Assembly (NCBI GenBank): GCA_950097015.1 | Contig: CATNEN010000039.1 | Coordinates: 8,928,001 to 8,992,000, forward strand | Source of the DNA: Macrostomum hystrix | Lineage: Eukaryota; Animalia; Platyhelminthes | DNA length: 64,000 nucleotides | Direction of reading: 5' to 3' | In this document: piece by piece, positions 1 to 12,000 of the stretch | How the letters are laid out: each line of letters starts with the position of its first letter | Position numbering within the stretch: position 1 is the stretch's first letter | Made by a program: the position numbers and the translations under genes | The notes under the pieces: generated by a model | The model's database searches: none | Told to the model about the DNA's origin: nothing | Seen by the model: only the letters and a program-made list of their open reading frames with translations

Positions 1-3000
1 GGAGGTTGTCGTTGGCGAAGCGGCAGCAGACGCTCTTATCAAAGTGATCGGCGAACTTTCATCGACGCTTGTTGGAACGAATTGCGTGCCGCTGATTAAA
101 TCGGTTTTCGATGGTAAGTAAAAATTTTGACGTTCTACTCTTATCGCACTACTTTGCTCGCTTAATTGAAGTAGTATGATTAGGCAATTTTAGATGGATA
201 CAGATTACACAACCATTAAAATTTCTACCCTAGCTAATACTGGCACAAGCATTTTACAGGCTAATTGAGTGTCAAATTCAAGGACATTCAAGCTTTTCAC
301 CTCGGGGCTGAAATTCGAGCCCCCGGTCATTAGTCCGAATATCTAGCCACTCGGCAAAACAGCTCACTTATCGCTGCTGCTACGCATTTTTTTCAAAGAT
401 TTCTCCGTATGTTCCTCTCCAGACGACCTGTACTGCTCATCCAGGCGGGCCGGCTGCCGCCTAATTGTCCCCTGCTATTCCAAGGTGAGCTCAAACGACA
501 TCAAAAGTGAATTGAAATCGCGCCTGCTGAATGCCGCCAATCAGGAGGAGGAAATTCTTCTGGTGCGCGAGGCCGCTGTGACCCAGCTGGGACCCCTGGC
601 GCAGCCCGCCAGCAAGGACCGGGCGGAGATCCTGGCCAGCCTGGTGACGCTATCGAATGACAACCATCGCGACATTCGAGCCGCCAGCGTGCGCTCCCTG
701 CTTGATGTGATTAAAGTGCACGGCGACAAAGAACTTGAGGCCACCGTGTTCCCTGTGCTAGAGCGTTATTGCGAAGATTCGCATCGGAATACGCGCCAGA
801 ATTTGGCCACACACATTGCCGAGTTTCAGACTGTTTTTAATAAGGCCAGCAAGCAGCTAGGTGAGTAAACTTATCTGGTCATTTGATTTGTCATTAGACC
901 CGATCTGTCATTTGTCATTTGTCATTAGACCCGATCTGCAAATCCATCTGATCATTAGACCCAACCCATATTGCATAGCCCCGGCATTCGCTACATTCTG
1001 CGCAGGACCTCTGTTCATCCGCCTTTGGGAGGACAACGAGCCGGAAGTCCGTCGAGCCACTGCTAAGAATCTGTCCGCCTTCGCCGACGCCTGCGCCAAG
1101 GAGACGCTGAACAGCCAGCTGGTGCCCAAGTTGAAGGAGCACCTGGTCAATGAGCACGACGATCGTGTCAGACGCGAGATTATTTCTGAGACGGCCCGCC
1201 TGCTCACCAAGATTCGCAAGGAAGACGCCGCAGAGCTGGTTCGTACGGTGGTCAGCCTGATCACTGAGAGCGGCTCCGCTGGCGCCAAGCAGGCAGTGTT
1301 CGACCATCTCAAGGACATCCTATCCGTGAGTACTGGGCAAAATGGCTTGTCTTGACCCCAGCAACCAAGCTTAGTTGCTTTTATCTAAGTTATCTTGCAT
1401 CCAAATCGAATCCCCGATCGCAGATTTCTCCACCGGCTGATCTTAAAAATACCATCATTCCGAGCCTGATGAAGCTGTACAGCGATCAGAACTGGCGTGT
1501 CAGACTGGGCGTTGTCAAGAACCTGCCAGAATTGATGAGCGCTGTGGTGAGCCATCTCCAGGTATTGCGTCCCCTTCCCAGCCTTGAATCCTCAAATCTC
1601 CAGGTATTGCGTCCCCTTCCCAGCCTTGAATCCTCAAATCTCCAGGTAGAGCGTCCCCTTCCCAGCCTTGAATCCTCAAATCTCCAGGTAGAGCGTCCCC
1701 TTCCCAGCCTTGAATCCTCAAATCTCCAGATAGAGCGTCCCCTTCCCAGCCTTGAATCCTCAAAACCCCAGGTAGAGCGTCCCCTTCCCAGCCTTGAATC
1801 CTCAAATCTCCAGATAGAGCGTCCCCTTCCCAGCCTTGAATCCTCAAATCTCCAGGTAGAGCGTCCCCTTCCCAGCCTTGAATCCTCAAAACCCCAGGTA
1901 GAGCGTCCCCTTCCCAGCCTTGAATCCTCAAATCCCCAGGTAGAGCGTCCCCTTCCCAGCCTTGAATCCTCAAATCCCCAGGTAGAGCGTCCCCTTCCCA
2001 GCCTTGAATCCTCAAATCTCCAGGTAGAGCGTCCCCTTCCCAGCCTTGAATCCTCAAATCCCCAGGTAGAGCGTCCCCTTCCCAGCCTTGAATCCTCAAA
2101 TCTCCAGATAGAGCGTCCCCTTCCCAGCCTTGAATCCTCAAATCCCCAGGTAGAGCGTCCCCTTCCCAGCCTTGAATCCTCAAAACCCCAGGTAGAGCGT
2201 CCCCTTCCCAGCCTTGAATCCTCAAATCCCCAGGTAGAGCGTCCCCTTCCCAGCCTTGAATCCTCAAATCCCCAGGTAGAGCGTCCCCTTCCCAGCCTTG
2301 AATCCTCAAATCTCCAGGTAGAGCGTCCCCTATCCCAGCCTTGGTGCAATAGGCAAACGCGTTAACCGCTCAGCCACCGACCTTCAATTCACTAGTTAGA
2401 ACGTCCCTTTCCAACCTTGAATCCTCAAATACCCAACTAAACCTGCAGGACGAGGCGCAGATAAGCAGCACCTTGGTACCCGCCTACATCTCCTGGCTGA
2501 AGGATTCGGCCAGCGAGATTCGCGACTCAGCCGCTCAGGCTCTCGGCCGGGTTGTGAAAGATCACAAGGGTCTGACTGACGGCATTGCCAAGAGTGCTAG
2601 CCTGGCTGCACTGGCCACAGACGGCAACTACCAGTTTAGGAAAGTGTGGATCGCTTGCGCTGTGGTGAGTCACGAGTTTTTGTGCCTGGAAGCCCTCTTG
2701 AATTTTCAGGTATACTGGATAGCTTCAATCAGCTGAAGATACCCTAGGTGGCAGTGTAGCTGCAATCAGCTGAAGATACAGGTGTGCAGTGTAGCTGCAA
2801 TCAGCTGAAGATACAGGTGGCAGTGTAGCTGCAATCAGCTGAAGATACAGGTGTGCAGTGTAGCTGCAATCAGCTGAAGATACAGGTGTGCAGTGTAGCT
2901 GCAATCAGCTGAAGATACAGGTGTGCAGTGTAGCTGCAATCAGCTGAAGATACAGGTGTGCAGTGTAGCTGCAATCAGCTGAAGATACAGGTGTGCAGTG

Positions 3001-6000
3001 TAGCTGCAATCAGCTGAAGATACAGGTGTGCAGTGTAGCTGCAATCAGCTGAAGATACAGGTGTGCAGTGTAGCTGCAATCAGCTGAAGATACAGGTGTG
3101 CAGTGTAGCTGCAATCAGCTGAAGATACAGGTGTGCAGTGTAGCTGCAATCAGCTGAAGATACAGGTGGCAGTGTAGCTGCAATCAGCTGAAGATACAGG
3201 TGTGCAGTGTAGCTCCAATCAGCTGAAGATACAGGTGTGCAGTGTAGCTGCAATCAGCTGAAGATACAGGTGTGCAGTGTAGCTGCAATCAGCTGAAGAT
3301 ACAGGTGTGCAGTGTAGCTGCAATCAGCTGAAGATACAGGTGTGCAGTGTAGCTGCAATCAGCTGAAGATACAGGTGTGCAGTGTAGCTCCAATCAGCTG
3401 AAGATACAGGTGTGCAGTGTAGCTGCAATCAGCTGAAGATACAGGTGTGCAGTGTAGCTGCAATCAGCTGAAGATACAGGTGTGCAGTGTAGCTGCAATC
3501 AGCTGAAGATACAGGTGGCAGTGTAGCTGCAATCAGCTGAAGATACAGGTGTGCAGTGTAGCTGCAATCAGCTGAAGATACAGGTGTGCAGTGTAGCTGC
3601 AATCAGCTGAAGATACAGGTGGCAGTGTAGCTGCAATCAGCTGAAGATACAGGTGTGCAGTGTAGCTCCAATCAGCTGAAGATACAGGTGTGCAGTGTAG
3701 CTGCAATCAGCTGAAGATACAGGTGTGCAGTGTAGCTGCAATCAGCTGAAGATACAGGTGTGCAGTGTAGCTCCAATCAGCTGAAGATACAGGTGTGCAG
3801 TGTAGCTGCAATCAGCTGAAGATACAGGTGTGCAGTGTAGCTGCAATCAGCTGAAGATACAGGTGGCAGTGTAGCTGCAATCAGCTGAAGATACAGGTGT
3901 GCAGTGTAGCTCCAATCAGCTGAAGATACAGGTGTGCAGTGTAGCTGCAATCAGCTGAAGATACAGGTGTGCAGTGTAGCTGCAATCAGCTGAAGATACA
4001 GGTGTGCAGTGTAGCTCCAATCAGCTGAAGATACAGGTGTGCAGTGTAGCTGCAATCAGCTGAAGATACAGGTGGCAGTGTAGCTGCAATCAGCTGAAGA
4101 TACAGGTGGCAGTGTAGCTGCAATCAGCTGAAGATACAGGTGTGCAGTGTAGCTGCAATCAGCTGAAGATACAGGTGTGCAGTGTAGCTCCAATCAGCTG
4201 AAGATACAGGTGTGCAGTGTAGCTGCAATCAGCTGAAGATACAGGTGTGCAGTGTAGCTGCAATCAGCTGAAGATACAGGTGTGCAGTGTAGCTCCAATC
4301 AGCTGAAGATACAGGTGGCAGTGTAGCTGCAATCAGCTGAAGATACAGGTGTGCAGTGTAGCTGCAATCAGCTGAAGATACAGGTGTGCAGTGTAGCTGC
4401 AATCAGCTGAAGATACAGGTGTGCAGTGTAGCTGCAATCAGCTGAAGATACAGGTGTGCAGTGTAGCTCCAATCAGCTGAAGATACAGGTGTGCAGTGTA
4501 GCTGCAATCAGCTGAAGATACAGGTGTGCAGTGTAGCTGCAATCAGCTGAAGATACAGGTGTGCAGTGTAGCTGCAATCAGCTGAAGATACAGGTGTGCA
4601 GTGTAGCTCCAATCAGCTGAAGATACAGGTGTGCAGTGTAGCTGCAATCAGCTGAAGATACAGGTGGCAGTGTAGCTGCAATCAGCTGAAGATACAGGTG
4701 GCAGTGTAGCTGCAATCAGCTGAAGATACAGGTGTGCAGTGTAGCTGCAATCAGCTGAAGATACAGGTGTGCAGTGTAGCTCCAATCAGCTGAAGATACA
4801 GGTGTGCAGTGTAGCTGCAATCAGCTGAAGATACAGGTGTGCAGTGTAGCTGCAATCAGCTGAAGATACAGGTGTGCAGTGTAGCTCCAATCAGCTGAAG
4901 ATACAGGTGGCAGTGTAGCTGCAATCAGCTGAAGATACAGGTGTGCAGTGTAGCTGCAATCAGCTGAAGATACAGGTGTGCAGTGTAGCTGCAATCAGCT
5001 GAAGATACAGGTGTGCAGTGTAGCTGCAATCAGCTGAAGATACAGGTGTGCAGTGTAGCTCCAATCAGCTGAAGATACAGGTGTGCAGTGTAGCTGCAAT
5101 CAGCTGAAGATACAGGTGGCAGTGTAGCTGCAATCAGCTGAAGATACAGGTGGCAGTGTAGCTGCAATCAGCTGAAGATACAGGTGTGCAGTGTAGCTCC
5201 AATCAGCTGAAGATACAGGTGTGCAGTGTAGCTGCAATCAGCTGAAGATACAGGTGTGCAGTGTAGCTGCAATCAGCTGAAGATACAGGTGTGCAGTGTA
5301 GCTGCAATCAGCTGAAGATACAGGTGTGCAGTGTAGCTCCAATCAGCTGAAGATACAGGTGTGCAGTGTAGCTGCAATCAGCTGAAGATACAGGTGGCAG
5401 TGTAGCTGCAATCAGCTGAAGATACAGGTGTGCAGTGTAGCTGCAATCAGCTGAAGATACAGGTGTGCAGTGTAGCTGCAATCAGCTGAAGATACAGGTG
5501 TGCAGTGTAGCTCCAATCAGCTGAAGATACAGGTGTGCAGTGTAGCTGCAATCAGCTGAAGATACAGGTGGCAGTGTAGCTGCAATCAGCTGAAGATACA
5601 GGTGGCAGTGTAGCTGCAATCAGCTGAAGATACAGGTGTGCAGTGTAGCTGCAATCAGCTGAAGATACAGGTGTGCAGTGTAGCTGCAATCAGCTGAAGA
5701 TACAGGTGTGCAGTGTAGCTGCAATCAGCTGAAGATACAGGTGTGCAGTGTAGCTCCAATCAGCTGAAGATACAGGTGTGCAGTGTAGCTGCAATCAGCT
5801 GAAGATACAGGTGGCAGTGTAGCTGCAATCAGCTGAAGATACAGGTGGCAGTGTAGCTGCAATCAGCTGAAGATACAGGTGTGCAGTGTAGCTGCAATCA
5901 GCTGAAGATACAGGTGTGCAGTGTAGCTGCAATCAGCTGAAGATACAGGTGTGCAGTGTAGCTGCAATCAGCTGAAGATACAGGTGTGCAGTGTAGCTGC

Positions 6001-9000
6001 AATCAGCTGAAGATACAGGTGTGCAGTGTAGCTCCAATCAGCTGAAGATACAGGTGGCAGTGTAGCTGCAATCAGCTGAAGATACAGGTGTGCAGTGTAG
6101 CTGCAATCAGCTGAAGATACAGGTGTGCAGTGTAGCTGCAATCAGCTGAAGATACAGGTGTGCAGTGTAGCTGCAATCAGCTGAAGATACAGGTGTGCAG
6201 TGTAGCTCCAATCAGCTGAAGATACAGGTGTGCAGTGTAGCTGCAATCAGCTGAAGATACAGGTGTGCAGTGTAGCTGCAATCAGCTGAAGATACAGGTG
6301 TGCAGTGTAGCTGCAATCAGCTGAAGATACAGGTGTGCAGTGTAGCTCCAATCAGCTGAAGATACAGGTGTGCAGTGTAGCTGCAATCAGCTGAAGATAC
6401 AGGTGGCAGTGTAGCTGCAATCAGCTGAAGATACAGGTGGCAGTGTAGCTGCAATCAGCTGAAGATACAGGTGTGCAGTGTAGCTGCAATCAGCTGAAGA
6501 TACAGGTGTGCAGTGTAGCTCCAATCAGCTGAAGATACAGGTGTGCAGTGTAGCTGCAATCAGCTGAAGATACAGGTGTGCAGTGTAGCTGCAATCAGCT
6601 GAAGATACAGGTGTGCAGTGTAGCTCCAATCAGCTGAAGATACAGGTGTGCAGTGTAGCTGCAATCAGCTGAAGATACAGGTGGCAGTGTAGCTGCAATC
6701 AGCTGAAGATACAGGTGTGCAGTGTAGCTGCAATCAGCTGAAGATACAGGTGTGCAGTGTAGCTGCAATCAGCTGAAGATACAGGTGTGCAGTGTAGCTC
6801 CAATCAGCTGAAGATACAGGTGTGCAGTGTAGCTGCAATCAGCTGAAGATACAGGTGGCAGTGTAGCTGCAATCAGCTGAAGATACAGGTGGCAGTGTAG
6901 CTGCAATCAGCTGAAGATACAGGTGTGCAGTGTAGCTGCAATCAGCTGAAGATACAGGTGTGCAGTGTAGCTGCAATCAGCTGAAGATACAGGTGTGCAG
7001 TGTAGCTGCAATCAGCTGAAGATACAGGTGTGCAGTGTAGCTCCAATCAGCTGAAGATACAGGTGTGCAGTGTAGCTGCAATCAGCTGAAGATACAGGTG
7101 GCAGTGTAGCTGCAATCAGCTGAAGATACAGGTGGCAGTGTAGCTGCAATCAGCTGAAGATACAGGTGTGCAGTGTAGCTGCAATCAGCTGAAGATACAG
7201 GTGTGCAGTGTAGCTCCAATCAGCTGAAGATACAGGTGTGCAGTGTAGCTGCAATCAGCTGAAGATACAGGTGTGCAGTGTAGCTGCAATCAGCTGAAGA
7301 TACAGGTGTGCAGTGTAGCTCCAATCAGCTGAAGATACAGGTGGCAGTGTAGCTGCAATCAGCTGAAGATACAGGTGTGCAGTGTAGCTGCAATCAGCTG
7401 AAGATACAGGTGTGCAGTGTAGCTCCAATCAGCTGAAGATACAGGTGTGCAGTGTAGCTGCAATCAGCTGAAGATACAGGTGTGCAGTGTAGCTCCAATC
7501 AGCTGAAGATACAGGTGTGCAGTGTAGCTGCAATCAGCTGAAGATACAGGTGTGCAGTGTAGCTGCAATCAGCTGAAGATACAGGTGTGCAGTGTAGCTG
7601 CAATCAGCTGAAGATACAGGTGTGCAGTGTAGCTCCAATCAGCTGAAGATACAGGTGTGCAGTGTAGCTGCAATCAGCTGAAGATACAGGTGGCAGTGTA
7701 GCTGCAATCAGCTGAAGATACAGGTGGCAGTGTAGCTGCAATCAGCTGAAGATACAGGTGTGCAGTGTAGCTGCAATCAGCTGAAGATACAGGTGTGCAG
7801 TGTAGCTCCAATCAGCTGAAGATACAGGTGTGCAGTGTAGCTGCAATCAGCTGAAGATACAGGTGTGCAGTGTAGCTGCAATCAGCTGAAGATACAGGTG
7901 TGCAGTGTAGCTCCAATCAGCTGAAGATACAGGTGGCAGTGTAGCTGCAATCAGCTGAAGATACAGGTGTGCAGTGTAGCTGCAATCAGCTGAAGATACA
8001 GGTGTGCAGTGTAGCTGCAATCAGCTGAAGATACAGGTGTGCAGTGTAGCTGCAATCAGCTGAAGATACAGGTGTGCAGTGTAGCTCCAATCAGCTGAAG
8101 ATACAGGTGTGCAGTGTAGCTGCAATCAGCTGAAGATACAGGTGGCAGTGTAGCTGCAATCAGCTGAAGATACAGGTGGCAGTGTAGCTGCAATCAGCTG
8201 AAGATACAGGTGTGCAGTGTAGCTCCAATCAGCTGAAGATACAGGTGTGCAGTGTAGCTGCAATCAGCTGAAGATACAGGTGTGCAGTGTAGCTGCAATC
8301 AGCTGAAGATACAGGTGTGCAGTGTAGCTGCAATCAGCTGAAGATACAGGTGTGCAGTGTAGCTGCAATCAGCTGAAGATACAGGTGTGCAGTGTAGCTG
8401 CAATCAGCTGAAGATACAGGTGTGCAGTGTAGCTGCAATCAGCTGAAGATACAGGTGGCAGTGTAGCTGCAATCAGCTGAAGATACAGGTGTGCAGTGTA
8501 GCTGCAATCAGCTGAAGATACAGGTGTGCAGTGTAGCTGCAATCAGCTGAAGATACAGGTGGCAGTGTAGCTGCAATCAGCTGAAGATACAGGTGTGCAG
8601 TGTAGCTGCAATCAGCTGAAGATACAGGTGTGCAGTGTAGCTGCAATCAGCTGAAGATACAGGTGGCAGTGTAGCTGCAATCAGCTGAAGATACAGGTGT
8701 GCAGTGTAGCTGCAATCAGCTGAAGATACAGGTGTGCAGTGTAGCTGCAATCAGCTGAAGATACAGGTGTGCAGTGTAGCTGCAATCAGCTGAAGATACA
8801 GGTGTGCAGTGTAGCTCCAATCAGCTGAAGATACAGGTGTGCAGTGTAGCTGCAATCAGCTGAAGATACAGGTGTGCAGTGTAGCTGCAATCAGCTGAAG
8901 ATACAGGTGGCAGTGTAGCTGCAATCAGCTGAAGATACAGGTGTGCAGTGTAGCTCCAATCAGCTGAAGATACAGGTGTGCAGTGTAGCTGCAATCAGCT

Positions 9001-12000
9001 GAAGATACAGGTGTGCAGTGTAGCTGCAATCAGCTGAAGATACAGGTGTGCAGTGTAGCTGCAATCAGCTGAAGATACAGGTGTGCAGTGTAGCTGCAAT
9101 CAGCTGAAGATACAGGTGTGCAGTGTAGCTCCAATCAGCTGAAGATACAGGTGTGCAGTGTAGCTGCAATCAGCTGAAGATACAGGTGTGCAGTGTAGCT
9201 GCAATCAGCTGAAGATACAGGTGTGCAGTGTAGCTGCAATCAGCTGAAGATACAGGTGGCAGTGTAGCTGCAATCAGCTGAAGATACAGGTGTGCAGTGT
9301 AGCTGCAATCAGCTGAAGATACAGGTGTGCAGTGTAGCTGCAATCAGCTGAAGATACAGGTGGCAGTGTAGCTGCAATCAGCTGAAGATACAGGTGTGCA
9401 GTGTAGCTCCAATCAGCTGAAGATACAGGTGTGCAGTGTAGCTGCAATCAGCTGAAGATACAGGTGTGCAGTGTAGCTGCAATCAGCTGAAGATACAGGT
9501 GTGCAGTGTAGCTCCAATCAGCTGAAGATACAGGTGTGCAGTGTAGCTGCAATCAGCTGAAGATACAGGTGTGCAGTGTAGCTGCAATCAGCTGAAGATA
9601 CAGGTGGCAGTGTAGCTGCAATCAGCTGAAGATACAGGTGTGCAGTGTAGCTCCAATCAGCTGAAGATACAGGTGTGCAGTGTAGCTGCAATCAGCTGAA
9701 GATACAGGTGTGCAGTGTAGCTGCAATCAGCTGAAGATACAGGTGTGCAGTGTAGCTGCAATCAGCTGAAGATACAGGTGTGCAGTGTAGCTGCAATCAG
9801 CTGAAGATACAGGTGTGCAGTGTAGCTGCAATCAGCTGAAGATACAGGTGTGCAGTGTAGCTGCAATCAGCTGAAGATACAGGTGTGCAGTGTAGCTCCA
9901 ATCAGCTGAAGATACAGGTGTGCAGTGTAGCTGCAATCAGCTGAAGATACAGGTGGCAGTGTAGCTGCAATCAGCTGAAGATACAGGTGTGCAGTGTAGC
10001 TGCAATCAGCTGAAGATACAGGTGTGCAGTGTAGCTGCAATCAGCTGAAGATACAGGTGTGCAGTGTAGCTCCAATCAGCTGAAGATACAGGTGTGCAGT
10101 GTAGCTGCAATCAGCTGAAGATACAGGTGGCAGTGTAGCTGCAATCAGCTGAAGATACAGGTGTGCAGTGTAGCTGCAATCAGCTGAAGATACAGGTGTG
10201 CAGTGTAGCTGCAATCAGCTGAAGATACAGGTGTGCAGTGTAGCTGCAATCAGCTGAAGATACAGGTGTGCAGTGTAGCTGCAATCAGCTGAAGATACAG
10301 GTGTGCAGTGTAGCTCCAATCAGCTGAAGATACAGGTGTGCAGTGTAGCTGCAATCAGCTGAAGATACAGGTGTGCAGTGTAGCTGCAATCAGCTGAAGA
10401 TACAGGTGTGCAGTGTAGCTGCAATCAGCTGAAGATACAGGTGTGCAGTGTAGCTGCAATCAGCTGAAGATACAGGTGTGCAGTGTAGCTGCAATCAGCT
10501 GAAGATACAGGTGTGCAGTGTAGCTGCAATCAGCTGAAGATACAGGTGGCAGTGTAGCTGCAATCAGCTGAAGATACAGGTGTGCAGTGTAGCTGCAATC
10601 AGCTGAAGATACAGGTGTGCAGTGTAGCTGCAATCAGCTGAAGATACAGGTGGCAGTGTAGCTGCAATCAGCTGAAGATACAGGTGTGCAGTGTAGCTGC
10701 AATCAGCTGAAGATACAGGTGTGCAGTGTAGCTGCAATCAGCTGAAGATACAGGTGTGCAGTGTAGCTCCAATCAGCTGAAGATACAGGTGTGCAGTGTA
10801 GCTGCAATCAGCTGAAGATACAGGTGTGCAGTGTAGCTGCAATCAGCTGAAGATACAGGTGTGCAGTGTAGCTACATTGCCATCTCCGCTATATTCGCAC
10901 AGGAGCTGATGGACAAGGGCGCCCCGTCGTGCATCCCTGTACTGGTGCCCCAGCTGATGAAGCTGTCAACAGACAAGGTGCCTAATGTACGCCTGGCAGT
11001 TGTCAAGGCTCTGGTTCGTCTGGCCACGCACTTTGACGCTAAGTGAGTGCATAAGATATCTGCCTTTTTTCGTCTATGCGCCTTATATGAGTAGAATATT
11101 TTCAGTAGCTTTTGCTAGCTCTTATGATAGTAGATAAAGTAGTCAAATTGTTACGCAACAAACTCCCCATATAAAGTAGATAAGGTAGTCAGACTGGTAG
11201 GCAACATACATTCAAGTCCCGTAGAAACTATGGCAAAACACTGCACCAGCTAAAACTCAAACTGTAATTGAACCTTCAGCACCATCAAGAAGGACATCAT
11301 CAGCCCGCTGGTTGAGCTGTCAAAGGATGACGACTCGGATGTCCGCTTCTACGCTGAAGATGCTGTTAGCAGTGAGTGTTTCCGATTCCAGGCCTCTTAA
11401 TTTTTGATTTGTTTTACTGCGTGCAGATTGTCTCAGTGCAATTTATTAATGTTGATTCTGTTCTCGATTTCCGATTGATTGCTGCCAATCAAATGCTTTG
11501 TACGCACGTTTAAACTATGAGCAACAATATCATTGGAATCTGGTCTACCTGGGACTGTAAGAGTCCAGGCCTGCAAAATGTTGATTCCCTTTTAACTATG
11601 CAAATTCGCACCTGTGTTTGCTTTCGCATGCCTGCCAGTGCTGCTTATAAGTGTCGCTCACAATTGGCCCCACACCACCCCTCACCCGCACACCGCACCG
11701 AATGTTGCATGGCCCGCTAATGCTCTCCTTTCTGTTTCCACTGCCTCCCTCTCACCACCGTCGTCGCAGAGCAAATTTATAACAAACACGTCAAGGACGC
11801 CAAGCCGATGCCGGCGCGCGGCAAAGACGCTGCCGGCGATGCGAAATCTGGCACAGCCGGCTCTACGCCGACCTCCGCCGCTGGCGGAGCCGCCTCAGCT
11901 CAACAGAGATCGTCCGGCTCGGCTTCTAAGCCAACGCCGCAAGCCGATAAAAAGCCGGCTAGTACCGCCGGGGCTGCTTCCGCTGCCTCCGGTGGCGGCA

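Noticed and set aside
1352-2365. 337-aa QVERPLPSLESSN repeat protein and its antisense ORFs
   Set aside because: Read-through of exon 1424-1546 into an intronic 42-bp minisatellite. HEAT homology resumes at 2449 after splicing.
2720-10873. CRISPR-like array (35-bp repeats)
   Set aside because: Units are head-to-tail without unique spacers, there are no cas genes, and the array lies in a spliceosomal intron.
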